NCBI GenBank assembly: GCA_965287045.1 | Contig: OZ336891.1 | Span: 38,936,001-39,000,000, forward strand | DNA: 64,000 nt | Direction of reading: 5' to 3' | Origin: Carcharhinus amblyrhynchos | Lineage: Eukaryota | Part shown: one piece after another, positions 35,325 through 48,332 of the stretch | How the letters are laid out: each line of letters opens with the position of its first letter | Position numbering within the stretch: the first letter of the stretch is position 1 | Made by a program: the position numbers and the translations under genes | Notes under the pieces: generated by a model | Seen by the model: the letters and a program-made list of their open reading frames with translations, nothing else | Told to the model about the DNA's origin: nothing | Database searches by the model: none

Positions 35325-35556
35325 GCATTTTTTTCACACAAGCGTTGGTGGGTGTCTGGAACAAGCTGGGAAGTAGTAGTAAACCTGGGTACAATTTTGT
35401 CTTTTAAAAAGCATTTAGACAGTTATATGGGTAAAATAGGTATAGAGGGATATGGGCCAAATACAGGCAAGTGGAATTAATTTAGGGGTTTAAAAAAAAG
35501 ACAGCATGGACAAGTTGGGCCGAAGGGCCTGTTTCCATGCTGTAAATCTCTATGAC
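35325..35556 (+). mobile_element. Young CR1 3' end
   Basis: Closely matches 12235-12460 (GGTACAATTTTGTCTTTTAAAAAGCATTTAGACAGTTA..GGCCTGTTTCCATGCTGTAAA). Confidence 0.85.
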
Positions 35557-36537
35557 TTTTTATATAATTAAAGACTCCCTTATAAGTACTGTAATTTTTG
35601 CACGTATCTTTAGTTTCATTGTAGGTTTGTTCTTGTACATCCTTTTTACAAGTTGGTGGACTATAAATGACACAGAGCAATGGAATTGCAGCTTTTTTGA
35701 TCCTTAGCTCTAGCCAAATAGAGGATTCCTTTGGAATGTCCTCTTTCACCAGCACAGCAATGCTCTCCTTAATTAATATCTTCACTCCTCCCACTTTTTG
35801 TCCTTTCATATCTTTGCTGACCATCTTGTATCCAGTCCTTACCACTCATTCCTGCCCTTTCTTGAGCCAGGTCTCAGTTATGCCACAACATTGTAATTCC
35901 ACTTGGCAATCTGTGCCTGTAACTAACCAGTCTTATTTACCACACTTTGTGCATTCACATACTTGCACATTAACCCTGATTTAAACTCCATTACTTTCTC
36001 CCTTACTCAATCCCTATCTATTAATTTCCTAATCTCCATTCTAGTACCACCTGTTTCTCTCAGTGTTTTGTACACTTTGGTATTCCTCTGATATTTTCTC
36101 CTGGTTCCCACAACTGCCAAGTTAGCTTGAGTGATCAGTAATATTTTTGAAAATTAGTTTTGGTGATATTCATTTAAATAAATGGATTCCAAATTGTGTT
36201 ATTCAGCGTATCCTGACCATGAATAAGATCTGCCTTTTGCAGCAATTTATGATTTAATGGAATGGTTCCAATGCTGCAGTATTTCCAGACTTTTTGAATA
36301 TTGCACGTCATTGTTAGATGTATAGCAATTCATCAACTGAATGACAAGAAGCACTTCTTTGATAAAATATGAAAACTACTTCTTCTTGACCACACAGAAT
36401 ATGCAATATTCTCCAGGGAAAAACTGATAATTCACATAGAAACATGCTGTCAAAAAATGAAAATCAACTTTCCTCGCTTTTGCCCTGAGAAATGGCCTTA
36501 TTTGCATGCAAGGATCAGGGAGAAAGAATTGGAAGTT

Positions 36538-36633
36538 TTGATGAGGTCATAGACCTGAAACATTATCTTTGTTTCTCTCTCCATGGATGCTGCCAGACCT
36601 GCTGAATATTTCTAGCATTTTCTGTCTTTATTT
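36538..36633 (+). mobile_element. Penelope-like element terminal fragment with decayed hammerhead-ribozyme core
   Basis: TTGATGA-GGTCATAGACCT-GAAAC followed by TTTGTTTCTCTCTCCATGGATGCTGCCAGACCTGCTGAATATTTCTAGCATTTTCTG. Homologous to 4602-4694. Confidence 0.6.
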
Positions 36634-38159
36634 AAGAAAGATGTGAGGCCTAGATACAACATTTCTACATTGTCCTTGGAGACCTAAGTCTTCCCCAGGA
36701 GAAAACAATTGGACCTGTACTGACAATAAGCTCAGGTGTATCATGCACACCATACACGTTTCTTGCCTCCCAACACTGGTTCCTCATCAACTTACATGGA
36801 TCATACATGTGCAAACTCAACATAAGAAGTTGGAGATGTTTTATACCAAGATCCCACTCTAGAAGGGAATTAAGGGTATGGGGAGAAAGCCAGAAAGTGG
36901 AACTGATCCACTTCAGATCAGCCATGATCTTATTGAATGGCGGGGCAGGCTCAAAGGGCTAAATGGCCCACTCCTGCTCCTATTTCTTATGTTTTCTTAT
37001 GTCTAAGAGAGCCTGACTAGGTATAAAGGAGCCTGGCAGAAAGATAAATAGGTCTAGAAATAAAAGCCTCTGGTGGCTCTGCAAATCTTCAGGCCTCAGG
37101 CCTTCTGTTGTCCAATAATGATAGCAGTTGCTGATCCCTTAGACCCACAGCTGCAATGCACTTTGTTTTTTTGCTGATGCAGGATCCTGCCAGGACACTA
37201 ATATTGCTGCCACACAGAAGGAGAAACACTAAAATGAGGAAATAAGAATATTGGTCTGAACTGTGTTTTCCTTCCGGGCATTCACCCTGGATAAGTACAA
37301 TGCATTTGTAATCTGCTGCTGTACAGCCAAGTAAGATAACCAGAAATACTGGCCCCAATATGATCTTATACCTGATACAGAAACAAAATACTTGATCAAA
37401 TATATGGCAAGATATTTTAGTGACGGCAGATCTGGAGTCTTCTGTCTGTTATTGCAAATTGGTAAAGCAGCAGCATAGATAGCTGTTAAAATAGCTATTG
37501 TGGGATAACTGAATTACATAATTATTGAGACTTGATGCTGTGTTTAGAAACACAAATTGTGTAAAATTGCAGAATTACAGATATTCTGGCTGCATTAGTG
37601 ACAAGCAAGATTTCTACCAATCATGTCCATTCTTAATTGTGTTTAAATTGCAATTGAATGTTTTTGCTTAAATCAGTCAGGGAGTTGATAAATGCAATGT
37701 TCCACTGGAATGCCAGGTTGTCTAAAAAATGACTTTCACCTTTACTTCAAATTCTGTCCATTTTTGCAAGTTTATGGAAACAATTATTCACTTTTCACAA
37801 ACTGCAGGAATATAGTGCAATTGGAATCTGATGAATCTGGAATCAGGGCTTACTGATTGAAAAGTGAAAATACTCTGTGTAAAACAAAAGCTACAGTAGT
37901 CACTAAAAATCTTAAGTAAAACAATCCACATAAGTAAACTTGTGCTTTAGTTAATTTTATTATTGTCACTGCGTATCAAAATTTTGTATTGCGCTAATTT
38001 TATGATGGCAGAAAATTAAGGCAATGCCCACCCATGATGCAACAGTAGGGAGGTTAATGTTGCAAGGTTTTGTGAGACTGATCTCCCCTTTTAAGTTTAA
38101 TGGGCTTATAGTTAGATCCAACAGAAAAAAAAGCAGTAAAAGATCAGTAACTATTTCAT

Positions 38160-38720
38160 AAAAACAAACAAAATGTAAGAAATAGGATCAGGCATAGACC
38201 AAAACTCGGTCTAACTCGGTCTTGTATATATTCAATAACCCAAACTCCAGTGGTCTCTCGGCTAAAGAACACTAAAGCTTAATGATCTTCCAAGAGAAAC
38301 AATTCCATGAGCTCTTTTTTCAGCATCTACCGTGTCAATCCACCTCAGAATTTTATATATTTCAATGAGATCACCTCTCATCCTTCTAAACTCAAACATT
38401 GGTCCAAACTGCTCAATCTTTCCTCATGAGACATAAACTTCATACCAGGGATCAACCCATGAACCTTCTCTGAACTACTTCCAATGCAATTATATCCCTC
38501 CTTCAGTAAGAAGACCATAATTATAGACAGTCCTCTGGGTGTGGTCTCACCAATATCCTGTGCAGTTGTAGCAAGACATCCCTACTTTTATATTCCATGC
38601 CCCTTTCAATAAAGGGATATGGAATATAAAATTAATATCTAACAGCGTGCTAACATTTTGGTTCATGTACTAGAACAGTCACATCCCTCTATACTGTAGC
38701 ATTCTACAGTGTCTCTTCAT
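38160..38720 (-). mobile_element. CR1 LINE 3' fragment
   Basis: Reverse complement contains TTTAGAAGGATGAGAGGTGATCTCATTGAAATATATAAAATTCTG (FRRMRGDLIEIYKIL). Confidence 0.75.
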
Positions 38721-38724
38721 TTTT

Positions 38725-39790
38725 GATTTGATTTATTGTCAAATGTATTTGTACACAGTGAAAAGTAATGTTTCTTATGCGCTATATAGAGAAAGTGTAT
38801 CGTATATGGAGAAGGAAAGGAGAGGGTGCAGAATGGAGTATTACAGTCATAGCTAGGGTGCAGAGAAAGATCACCTTAATACGAGATAAGTCCATTCAAA
38901 AGTCTGATGGCAACAGGGAAGAAGCTATTCTTGAGTCAGTTGAGACATGACCTCAGAATTTTGTATCTCTTTACCAACGGAAGAAGGTGGAAGGGAGTAT
39001 GTCCAGAATGCATGGGGTCCTTGATTATGCTACCTGCTTTTCCAAGGCAGTGAGAAGTGTAAGACAGAGTCCGTGAATGGGAGACTGGTTTGCGTGATGG
39101 ACTGGACATTGTCCACAACCCTTTGTAGTTTCTTGTAGTCTTGGGCAGAGCAGGAGCCACACCAAACTGTGATACAATCAGAAAGAATGCTGTCTACAGT
39201 GCACCTATAAAAGTTTGTGGGAGTCATAGTGGACATTCCAAATTTTCTTAGCCTCCTGCGAAAGTAGAGATGTTGGTGGGCTCTCTTAATTGTAGCATCA
39301 GCATAAAGGGACTAAGACAGGTTGTTGGTGATCTGGAGACCTAGAAACTTGAAGCTCTTGACCATTTCCACTTTATCCCACTTTATTGATGTAGACAGGG
39401 ACATTTCCTCCACTACACTTCCTGATGACTATTTCTTTTGTTTTGTTGTCATTGAGGGAAAGATTATTGTTGTCACACCAGTTCACCAGATTCTCTATCT
39501 CTTTCCTGTACTCCATCTCATAATTGTTTGAGGGCCGACCCACTACGGCAGTGTCATCAGCAAATTTGCAAGTTGAGTCTGAGGGGAATTTGGCAGCACA
39601 GTCATGGGTGTATAAAGAGTATAGTGAGCGGCTGAGGACACAGCCTTGTGGGGCATTGGTGCTGAGAATGATCATGGAGGAGGTATTGTTTCCTATCCTT
39701 ACTGATTGCTGTCTGTGGGTTAGGAAATCTAGGATTCAATCGCAGAGAGAGGAGCTGAACCCCAAGTCACAGAATTTGGAGATGAGTTTT
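38725..39790 (-). mobile_element. Rex1/Babar LINE, 5' truncated
   Basis: APQGCVLS..LYSLYTHDCAAKFPSDSTCKFADDTAVVG..EYRKEIENLVNWCDNNNLSLN..KTKE and TNFYRCTVDSILSDCITVWCG..KKLQRVV are Rex1 RT and C-terminal motifs. Confidence 0.88.
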
Positions 39791-40194
39791 ATATTCCACT
39801 GTTCTATTCTTCCCAATGTGAACAATCCCATATTCACATGGCTTCATGGAAACTCCAGAAATGGAAATGAGACTCAGATCAGAAGTCCTGCCTTAATTTC
39901 CAGCAGATCACATCTTTGCCAGTAGAGGAAAGAGAGTCGGGTATGAAGTGCATTGGTGTGAATAATCAATTGACCAGGTCATTTAAAATCAGTGCAAAGG
40001 ACAAGCAGATCTAATTTTTGCTCCAGAATGAGCTCAATCCACAGTGTGCATTCCATGACTTAATTGTGGGGTTGTAAATGCTCATAAAGGGCAGTACGGT
40101 AAGGAGAACTGTAAGATGCCAAGTTATTTAAATCCCTGTCCTTGAAATTTTGAAAACGACTGTCTACTTATATCTGTGATCATTTGGAGGAAGG

Positions 40195-41135
40195 AACTGA
40201 AGACACTGTTGATAAGTTTGCAGACTACACAAAGATATGTAGAGGGACAGGTAGTATTCAGGAAGCAGGGCAGGGGGCTGCAGAAGGACTTGAAGAGTTT
40301 AGGAGAGTGTGCAAAGAAATAGCAAATGGATTACAATGTGGAAAAGTGTGAGGTTATGCACTTTGGAAGGATGAATGGAGGCATAGACTATTTTCTAAAT
40401 GGGAAAATGCTTAGGAAATCAGGTACACAAAGGGACTTGGGAGTCATTGTTCAAGATTCTCTTAAGGTTAATGTGCAGGTTCAGTTGGCAGTAAGGAAGG
40501 CAAATGCAATGTTAGCATTCATGTCGAGAGGGCTAAATGCAAGAGCAGGAATGCACTTCTGAGGCTGTATAAGGCTCTGGTCAGACCCCATTTGGAGTGG
40601 TGTGAGCAGTTTTGGGCCCCATAACTAAGGAAGGATGTGCTGGCTTGGAAAGGGTCCAGAGGAGGTTCACAAGAATGATCCCTGGAATGAAAAGCTTGTA
40701 TGAGGCATAGTTGAGGACTCTAGGTCTGTAGTCATTGGAGTTTAGAAGGATGAAGGGGCGTCTTATTGAAACTTACAGGATATTGTAAGACCTAGATAGA
40801 GTGGATGTGGAGAGGATGTTTCCACTAGTAGGAAAAACTAGAACCAGAGGGCACAACCTCAGACTAAAGGGACAATCCTTTAAAACAGAGATGAGGGAGG
40901 AATTTCTTCAGCCAGAGAATGGTGAATCTGTGGAATTGTTTGCCGCAGAAGGCTGTGGAGGCCAGGTCATTGAGTGTGTTTGAGAAAGAGATTGATTAAT
41001 AAGGGGATCAGGGGTTATGGGGAAAAGGCAGGAGAACGGAGATGAGAAAAATATCAGCCATGATTGAATGGCAGAGCAGACCCAATGGGCCAAGTGGCCT
41101 AATTCTATTCCTATCTCATGTGGTCCTTTGGTCTT
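40195..41135 (+). mobile_element. 5'-truncated CR1 LINE
   Basis: YNVEKCEVMHFGR..QRDLGVIVQDSLKV..KANAMLAFM; DVERMFPLVGKTRTRGHNL; CR1 3' UTR. Confidence 0.9.
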
Positions 41136-41744
41136 ATCATGGAAAACATATGTTTTAACAGTTTCCGTTGGTATTTGTTGACATAGCCCGATGTCCTTAT
41201 AGATTAGTAGAGTTTGACTGCTTCAACAGCTTGTCATTATCACAGTGAGGGTCTGTAAATTTGGAGTTTGATTGACAGCTTCAAGAGGCTATTAAAGGAT
41301 TAGCTGTCTATGTTGTAGGGTTATGAATACAAATGTTTGTTTTTTTAATGTGAGATTATGTATTTGAGGGAGTTTAAATGTATTGAATTAACTTTCATGA
41401 TTAAAAGTGTCTTTTTATACAGTGAAGTGTGCAATAGATAATTTGAACTTTATTACATTTCATCTCAATATGATTCCTTAGGCTTGCATGGTGGAAATTA
41501 GATGAGGTGGCATGGAAGTTGCAAGGGCAAAAAATGATGGTTGGGGACATGAATTGGCATTAAGTTGGAATGAGGGTTAAAAAGAGAAATTGGATGAGTT
41601 GGCACAATGTTAGCACTGGGGAAAAGGCTATGAGTTTAATCAGGGCATAGATAAGTATGAGGGGCCATTGGGAGTGGGTGGGACATGGGTTCACATGGAT
41701 AGGCATAGGAAGATGTGAGGGGTAAGTGGTAGTGTCACACTAGG

Positions 41745-44625
41745 AGAATTTAAACTAGTTTGGCCAGGGAGGTGGGAACCAAAGCAAAGGTGAATTAATC
41801 GAAGGGGAACCAGAGAGTAAGACTCAGAGAAACAGCAGGCAGGGTGTAGTTGCTGATCAAAGACGGTCAGGTGGACTGAAGTGCATTTGTTTCAATGCAA
41901 GAAGTGTAACAGGTAAGGCAGGTGGACTTAGAGCTTGGAACTAATGGATGTTGTCGCCATTAGTCCAGAGGCTTGGTAAATGTTCCAGGCAGATAGGGGG
42001 GGATGTAAAAGGGGTGGGGGAGTTGCTCTGCTGGTTAAGGAGAATATTATAGTTGTATTGTGGGTGGACACCTCAGAGGACTCATACAGTAAGGCAATGT
42101 GGGTAGAGCTCAGCAGGACGTAGTCTCAATGTTCGGGATTTACTGTAGGCCTTCCAACAGCCAACAGGAGATAGAGGAACAGATATTTAGGCAGATTTTG
42201 GCAAGGTGTAAAAACAACAGAGTTGTCGTGGTGGGAGATTTTAACTTCCCCTATATTGACTGGGACTCACTTAGTGCTAGGGCCGTGGATGGACCAGAGT
42301 TTGTAAGGAGCATCCAGGAGGGCTTCTTGAAACAGTATATAGTCCAACTAGGAGAGGGCTGGACCTGGTATTGGTGAATGAACCTGGCCAGCTGGTGGAC
42401 ACTTCAGTAGGGGAGCAGTTCAGGAATACCACAATTCAGTAAGCTTTAAGGTACTGATGGATAAAGATAAGCATTGTCCTCAAATGAAGGTGCTAAATTG
42501 GGGAAGGCTGATTACAACACTGTTAGGCAGGAACTGAAGAATGTAGATTGGGGATAGATGTTTGAGGGTAAATCAACATCTGGCATGTGGAAATCTTTCA
42601 AGTGTAAGTTGATAGGATTTCAAGACCGGCACATTCCTGTAAGGATAAAGGGTAAATATGACAAGTTTTGGGAACAAGAGATATTTGAGCCGAGTCAAAG
42701 AAAAAGAAGGAAGCATTTGTCAAGACTGGGAACACACAAAGCAAGTGTGGAGTCCAAGGAAAGTAGAAAGAAGCTTAAGCACAGAGTAAGGAGGGCTAAA
42801 AGGAGTCACGAAAAGTCATTAGCCAGCAGGATTAAGGAAAATCCCAAGGCTTTTTATACATATAAAAAGGGCAAGAGGGTAGCCAGGGAGAGGGCTGGCC
42901 TACTCAAGGACAGGGGAGGGAATCTATGCGTGGAGCCAGAGGAAATGGGCGAGGTATTAAATGAGTACTTTGCATTAATACTCACCAAAGAGAAGGACTT
43001 GGTGGATGATGGATCTGGGGAAGGGTGTGTAGATAGTTTGGTCATGGTGAGATCAAAAAGAAAGTGGTATTGGGGTTCTTGAGAAACATTAAGGTAGACA
43101 AGTCCCTAGGGCCTGATGGGATAAACTCCAGAATACTGAGACAGGCAAGGAAGGAAATTTCTGGGGCCTTGAGAGAAATCTTTGTATCCTCACTGGCTAC
43201 AAGTCCCAGAGGGTTGGAGAATAGAAAATGTTGTTCCTTTGTTTAAGAAGGGTGGCAAGGATGATCCAGGTAATTACAGGCCACTGAGTCTTACATCAAT
43301 GGTAGATTTTGGAGAGGACTTTTCGAGATAGGATTTACTCCCACTTGGAAATAAGTGGATGTATTAGTGAGAGGCAACATGGTTTTGTGAATAGGAGGTT
43401 GTGTCTCACTAACTCAATTGATTTTTTCAAGGAAGTGACGAAGATGATTGATGAGGGTACAGCAGTGGATGTAGTCTACATGGACTTCAGCAAGGCCCTC
43501 GTGGTGGACTAGTGCAGAAGATGAAGTTGCATGGGATCAGAGGTGAGCTGGCAAGGTGGATACAGAACCGGCTCATCATTGAAGACAGAGGGTAGCAGTG
43601 GAATGGTGCAATTCTGAATGGAGGGCTGTGACAAGTAGCGTTCCTCAGGGATCAGTACCTTTACTGCTTGTAATATATATAAATGATTTGGAAGAAAATG
43701 TAATTGGTTTGATCAGTAAGTTCGCAGACGATACAAAGGTTGATGGAATTGTAGATAGTGATGAGGACAATCAGAGGAGACAGATCTTGTGTGGAGACTT
43801 GGGTGGAGAGATGGCAAATGGGGTTTAATTTGGACAAATGTGAGATAATACATTTTGGAAAGTCTAATACAGGTAGGAAATATACAGTAAATGGCAGAAC
43901 CCTTAAAGAGTATTGATAGGCAGAGACATCTGGGTATAACGGTACACAGGTCACTGAAAGTGGCAACGCAGGTGGAAAAGGTAAGTCAAGAAGGCATATG
44001 GCATGTTTGCCTTCATCAGCTGGGGCATTGAGTTTAAAAATTGGCAAGTCATGTTGCAGCTTTATAGAACCTTAGTTAAGTTGCACTTGGAATATTGTGT
44101 TCAATTCTGGTCGCCACATTAACAGAAGGGTGTGATGGCTTTGGAGGGGGTACTGAAAATATTTACCAAGATGTTGTCTGGTATGGAGGCCATTATATAT
44201 GGGGAGAGTTTGGAGAAACTTGGTTTGTTCTCACTGAAACGACGGAGGTTGAGGGCAACCTGATAGAAGTTTACAAGATTATGAGGGGCATGGACAGAAT
44301 GGATAGTCAAGAACTTTTTCCTCAGGGTTGAAGAATCATTTACTAGGGGGCATAAGTTTAAGGTGTGAGGGGCAATGTTTAAAGTAGATGTACAAGTCAA
44401 GTTTTGTTTTTACACAGAGGGTGGTGCATGCCTGCAACTCGTTTTCAGGGGAGGTACTGGAGGTGGATACGATAGTGACTTTCAAAGGGCATCTTGACAA
44501 ATACATAAATAGGATGGGAATGGAGGTATAGGGCCCCCAGAAGGGTAGAGGGTTTTAGTTAAGTCGGGCAGCATGGTCGATGCAGGCTTGGAGGGACGAG
44601 GGTTTGTTCCTGTGCTGTAATTTTC
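41745..44625 (+). mobile_element. Long CR1 LINE (ORF2 EN-RT-3' UTR, about 2.9 kb, decayed)
   Basis: LKCICFNARS; VVVGDFNFPYIDW; RIKENPKAFYTY; KVDKSLGPDGI; [20 protein letters not shown]; VPQGSV; SKFADDTKV; tail GGTTTGTTCCTGTGCTGTAATTTTCT. Confidence 0.92.
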
Positions 44626-45480
44626 TCCGTTCTTTGCTAGAGGACCCAATATTTCACAACACAGCTGGGGCAAAGTCTCAGAGAATCCTTTTAACCAGTC
44701 TGTCTCAGCACGCAGTAGCTTCTCTAGCCACCTCCAAACTGTTTTTCGGGTGGTGGGCCTGACAATATTGTGTACCCACAAATATGGAATAGAAATTGTG
44801 CCACCTTTCCCCAACTCGAGCTACCCATCTCTAAAATGGAAATCAAGTCCTTTCCATCCTCCTCAAACATGCTTTCCTCCCTATCTTTGTATCATCTGCA
44901 AATCTGGCTACAATACTATTGGCCCCATCATTCATGTCATTAATCCAGATTGTAAATGGTTGAGGTCCAAGCATTGCTCCCCACGGCATCCACAGTTGCC
45001 AACCTGAAATTGATCCATTTATCCTGACTCTCTGTACCCTGCTAATTAGCCAATCTTCTATGCTTGCTAAGCATTCCTTTCATGTTTTGGAAACTGCTAA
45101 ATAGACTTGCAATTCCAGTCTCTGTGAGATAAAGCCCACCATGACAAGTTCTGAAACTGAGTTCAATAAATTTGTCATTTAGAAATGAGTCTTGAAAAAA
45201 CTTGGTTTTGAAAATTTTTATTTCATTGATATCCTTAAGGGAGAACAGTTTGTCATTCCACTCAGGTCTGATGTACACATAATTCTAGTCTACACCATGT
45301 AGTTGACTTTTAATCCTGAAGCGGCCTAGAAAATAATTCAATTTACAAACCCAGTTTGAGAATACCTACCACCATATTCTTCATGCAGCTAGAGATATGT
45401 ATTACGTGACTGACAGAACGTTCACCAAAAACAATTTTCAATTTCTTTTAAACAATGAAAAGACAGATAAAAAAGATGTA

Positions 45481-46843
45481 GGCTGCAATTCTCCCAAATC
45501 GCCTCTAAGTAAGAAAACTGAAATGTTTCCCACTGGCATTGGCAATTGCTGTGAGGAAGGATTCTTTCATGTGAGTGATACCAATTTATGCATTACAGGA
45601 ATATTCCCTCAGCCTGGCTGTTCAGAGATCAGGGCATCCCCATTCTGACAGATAGTACCCGGCACCCCCGTCCATTCCAACAACAGAAATGGTGACTCCC
45701 ATCCCATCAACTGACCAGGGAAGTACCACCAATGGCCCCATCACAGAGGGATATTCTCCTCCCAACATGGAAATAATAGCTACCCCTATTATTTTTTTTC
45801 AGACATGAGGGTGACCTGATCCTTCCTCCCCCACAGCCAGAGGCCTGTATCCCACCCCTCACCACAAAAGAGACATTTCTCCCATAATTCACCCTTCATG
45901 ATCCTCCCCCAGGACCCATGCTGACTACATGCTATCTAAAAATCATTAAACTGTCAATCAAAGGTGAGTTAAATGAACTGATCTGAAACTTAATGGAAAC
46001 AAATACTTTCAAAGAATTTAAAAGAATTTCAAAGACATTGAACTTTTTGTGGAGGTTCAGAGACTTTAAATAAGTGCTGTGTTAAAATAATGGGGCTAAT
46101 TGAGCAGCTGTGGAAGAAGGGAATGCCCACCCCAACTGCACGGTGAAGGTGACAGACGTCTGTCAATCAGAGGACTTGAAAGGGGTCTTCTCACACCTGC
46201 AGCTTCTTAGAGAGAAGCTCCATTTGCTGAATGGAATATTGCTGGGATTTGAAAACCTGCCAGGTGTAAAAGGGGCGTGGATATTAAAGTAATCAGCTGA
46301 TTTTAAAGTTTTCACAGTCCAGAATGAAGGTTTTGATCACTATGAAATCACTATGGCAACAGTGATCTTCATGTTTCCCAGGACTGGAAGGGGCAGTCTT
46401 GCCACTAGAATCTTATCCTGGGGGACAGTGCTGAAGTCAATCCCTTGCCCTGAGCCCAAACCCACCCAACCCTCAGGCCACTTGGGGGACTCTCCCTCTG
46501 CAGTCTGGCAGCAGCACAGGCCACAGTACTTACCTCCCTGACCGCCCCCCTCTCCCCACCTTGGGGTCCACAGCGCCAGGTCCCCTACCAAAACCCGTCT
46601 CATGCAGATCCCATGGAGGAGGGATTTGATTCGGGGTTCAAGCTCTCTAGTTACATTTGAAGCAGGCCTTTTGAATAGTTATTGGATTTCTGCCCACTGG
46701 GTCGGGAACCTAATCGGGGCCAATGTGGCGGGTGCATCATGTCAGGTTTGGTGACTGGTGCCAAACCCATTTTTATGTCAGCGCCTAATTCTTCGGGACA
46801 ATGAAATTCCTGTTGGGGGCTAGTGGGCTCGGAGAATCCCCCC
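45481..46843. mobile_element. Non-autonomous TIR element (same family as 13404-14557)
   Basis: Ends GGCTGCAATTCTCCC / GGAGAATCCCCCC. Shared internal blocks such as AAAGTTTTCAC..GTGATCTTCA.GTTTCCCA.GACT and ACTTACCTCC. Confidence 0.65.
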
Positions 46844-48235
46844 TATAGTTTTTTTTTGGCAACTTTATTAATTATAGACCAAAAATGCAGGCAGGTGTGG
46901 AATATCAGAAATGATCAATGCACTTAAATTGCAAAGTCTGAGTTATTGCTGATGTTGTATCTTGGGCCTCATTGCAATGGAGTCAGTGTGGCACAACATC
47001 CTACCAGCACAGGATAGAACAATGGTCAGAAAAATGAGGCCCTCGAGTAAAATAGGGTTGAGTTGAAATTGAGGGGGTCCAACAATGTGGGAAGGGGATT
47101 TGGGGACACAGATCAGGCTGGACTAGAGGTCAGGATTAGATCAGGGATACCAAAGTTACAGGTTCAAAGAGTCATAATTAGGAAGAGAGATGGTGTTTTT
47201 GTGGCTGTCGGAAGTTGGAATCAGAGTGACTGGAAGTGTAGGAGTCAGAATGAAGACTCATCTCTAGAGCTGTATTGCTCAAAGGTAGCAGTCAACTTGG
47301 AAGCTTGGGCTGATATTGTGGTTGAGGGCTGGAGATGCAGTCTAGTGGGTAATTACATCTCAAACCATTTTGCATTTCACCTCACCACAGGAGAATATTT
47401 TAAACCTGATAATAATAGTGCAGAATCACTTTCTTGCATTAATGTTTTATATATGTTTGGGATCAGGAGCAGCACCAATTGGAAGAGTAGTTAAATGTGG
47501 AGTGGAGAGAAGCACTCCTGCACCTACTGGCTCCACATTCAGGTGAGTTACTTACCCTCTTGGTTGACAGGCAATCTCCAGAGAGGAGGATGTTCAACTT
47601 GCGATGAGAGTAGTTGACGCCAAAGCATTCTACATTTTCAAGGAGTTCGATATAGCTCCGAGGGGAAAAGGAATCAAAGGGTATTGGGGGGGGGGGGGAA
47701 GCAAGAGTTGGTTACTGAGTTGGATGTTCAGGCATAACGAATGGCAGAGCAGGTTCAAAGGGCCGAATGGCCTACTCCTGCTCCTCTTTTCTAATGTTTT
47801 GTATGACAATGAAAATGGCTACCTCAGGCAAACCAAGAGAGTTTGCATACGTAATGTTTTAACTCCTGCTTCAGGTGGAAGTAAAGGATGCTTCTTGTTA
47901 TTAGGCCTAGTATCACTCTTTGGTATGTACCAAACATTCTCTCAACTGTTTAAGGGATTTAGGGCTGGATTTTTCTGCCCACCCTCTGCTGGGATCTTCC
48001 GATCTCACCGAAATTCAATGGAATTTTGGCTGCGCCGCTGCAGCCCCATTGGGGCCCTCCTCCAGCAGAGCCTGAAAATCCCGGCCTTAGTGTCTGCACA
48101 GCACCTGAAGAATTCCCATGCCAGAATTTCAGCCAAAGTGTTTAGAAGAATTGCATTACAGCTGAAATTTACATATCCCTTATTAAACCTTCCAATTATA
48201 AATATTGAGCCAAACTGTGAAGGATTTATACATAC

Positions 48236-48332
48236 CATAAAGCTGGGGTGGCTCTGCCAGGCAGTATCCATCTGAGAGCGCTAAGTGACTGTGTGCAGCC
48301 ATGTTGGCCTCTGACCCTGTCCAGTGTTTCAT
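48236..48332 (-). CDS. NR1H5: NR1H5 coding exon 1: MKHWTGSEANMAAHSHLALSDGYCLAEPPQLY(E)
   Basis: Donor TATG|gtatgt (phase 1) joins exon 2 as G|AG = Glu. In-frame TGA lies immediately before ATG 48332; a second ATG at 48302 has a strong Kozak context. SDGYCLAEP resembles the mouse Nr1h5 N-terminus (recalled as SDGYYLAEP). Confidence 0.88.

Larger units (their letters stand above)
32880..36130 (-). mobile_element. Fragmented old CR1 LINE (EN to 3' end) with nested insertions
   Basis: EN GYKM..KDMKGQKVGGV.ILIKESI..SIWLELR..GVFN; EAQLDLVLGNEVGQV; KEEVLDRMSLLKIDKAP.SD.MHP; RT and C-terminus at 33000-34050. Confidence 0.8.

Noticed and set aside
47851-47940. Alternative first coding exon ending at ..ACATTAC|gtatgc
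   Set aside because: The phase-compatible frame has no ATG before an upstream stop and shows no FXR similarity.
47604-48275. Longest ORF in the track (223 aa, + strand) as an antisense gene
   Set aside because: It is a patchwork of a CR1 3' end, a small MITE (about 47960-48135) and the antisense of NR1H5 exon 1, with no recognisable domain.
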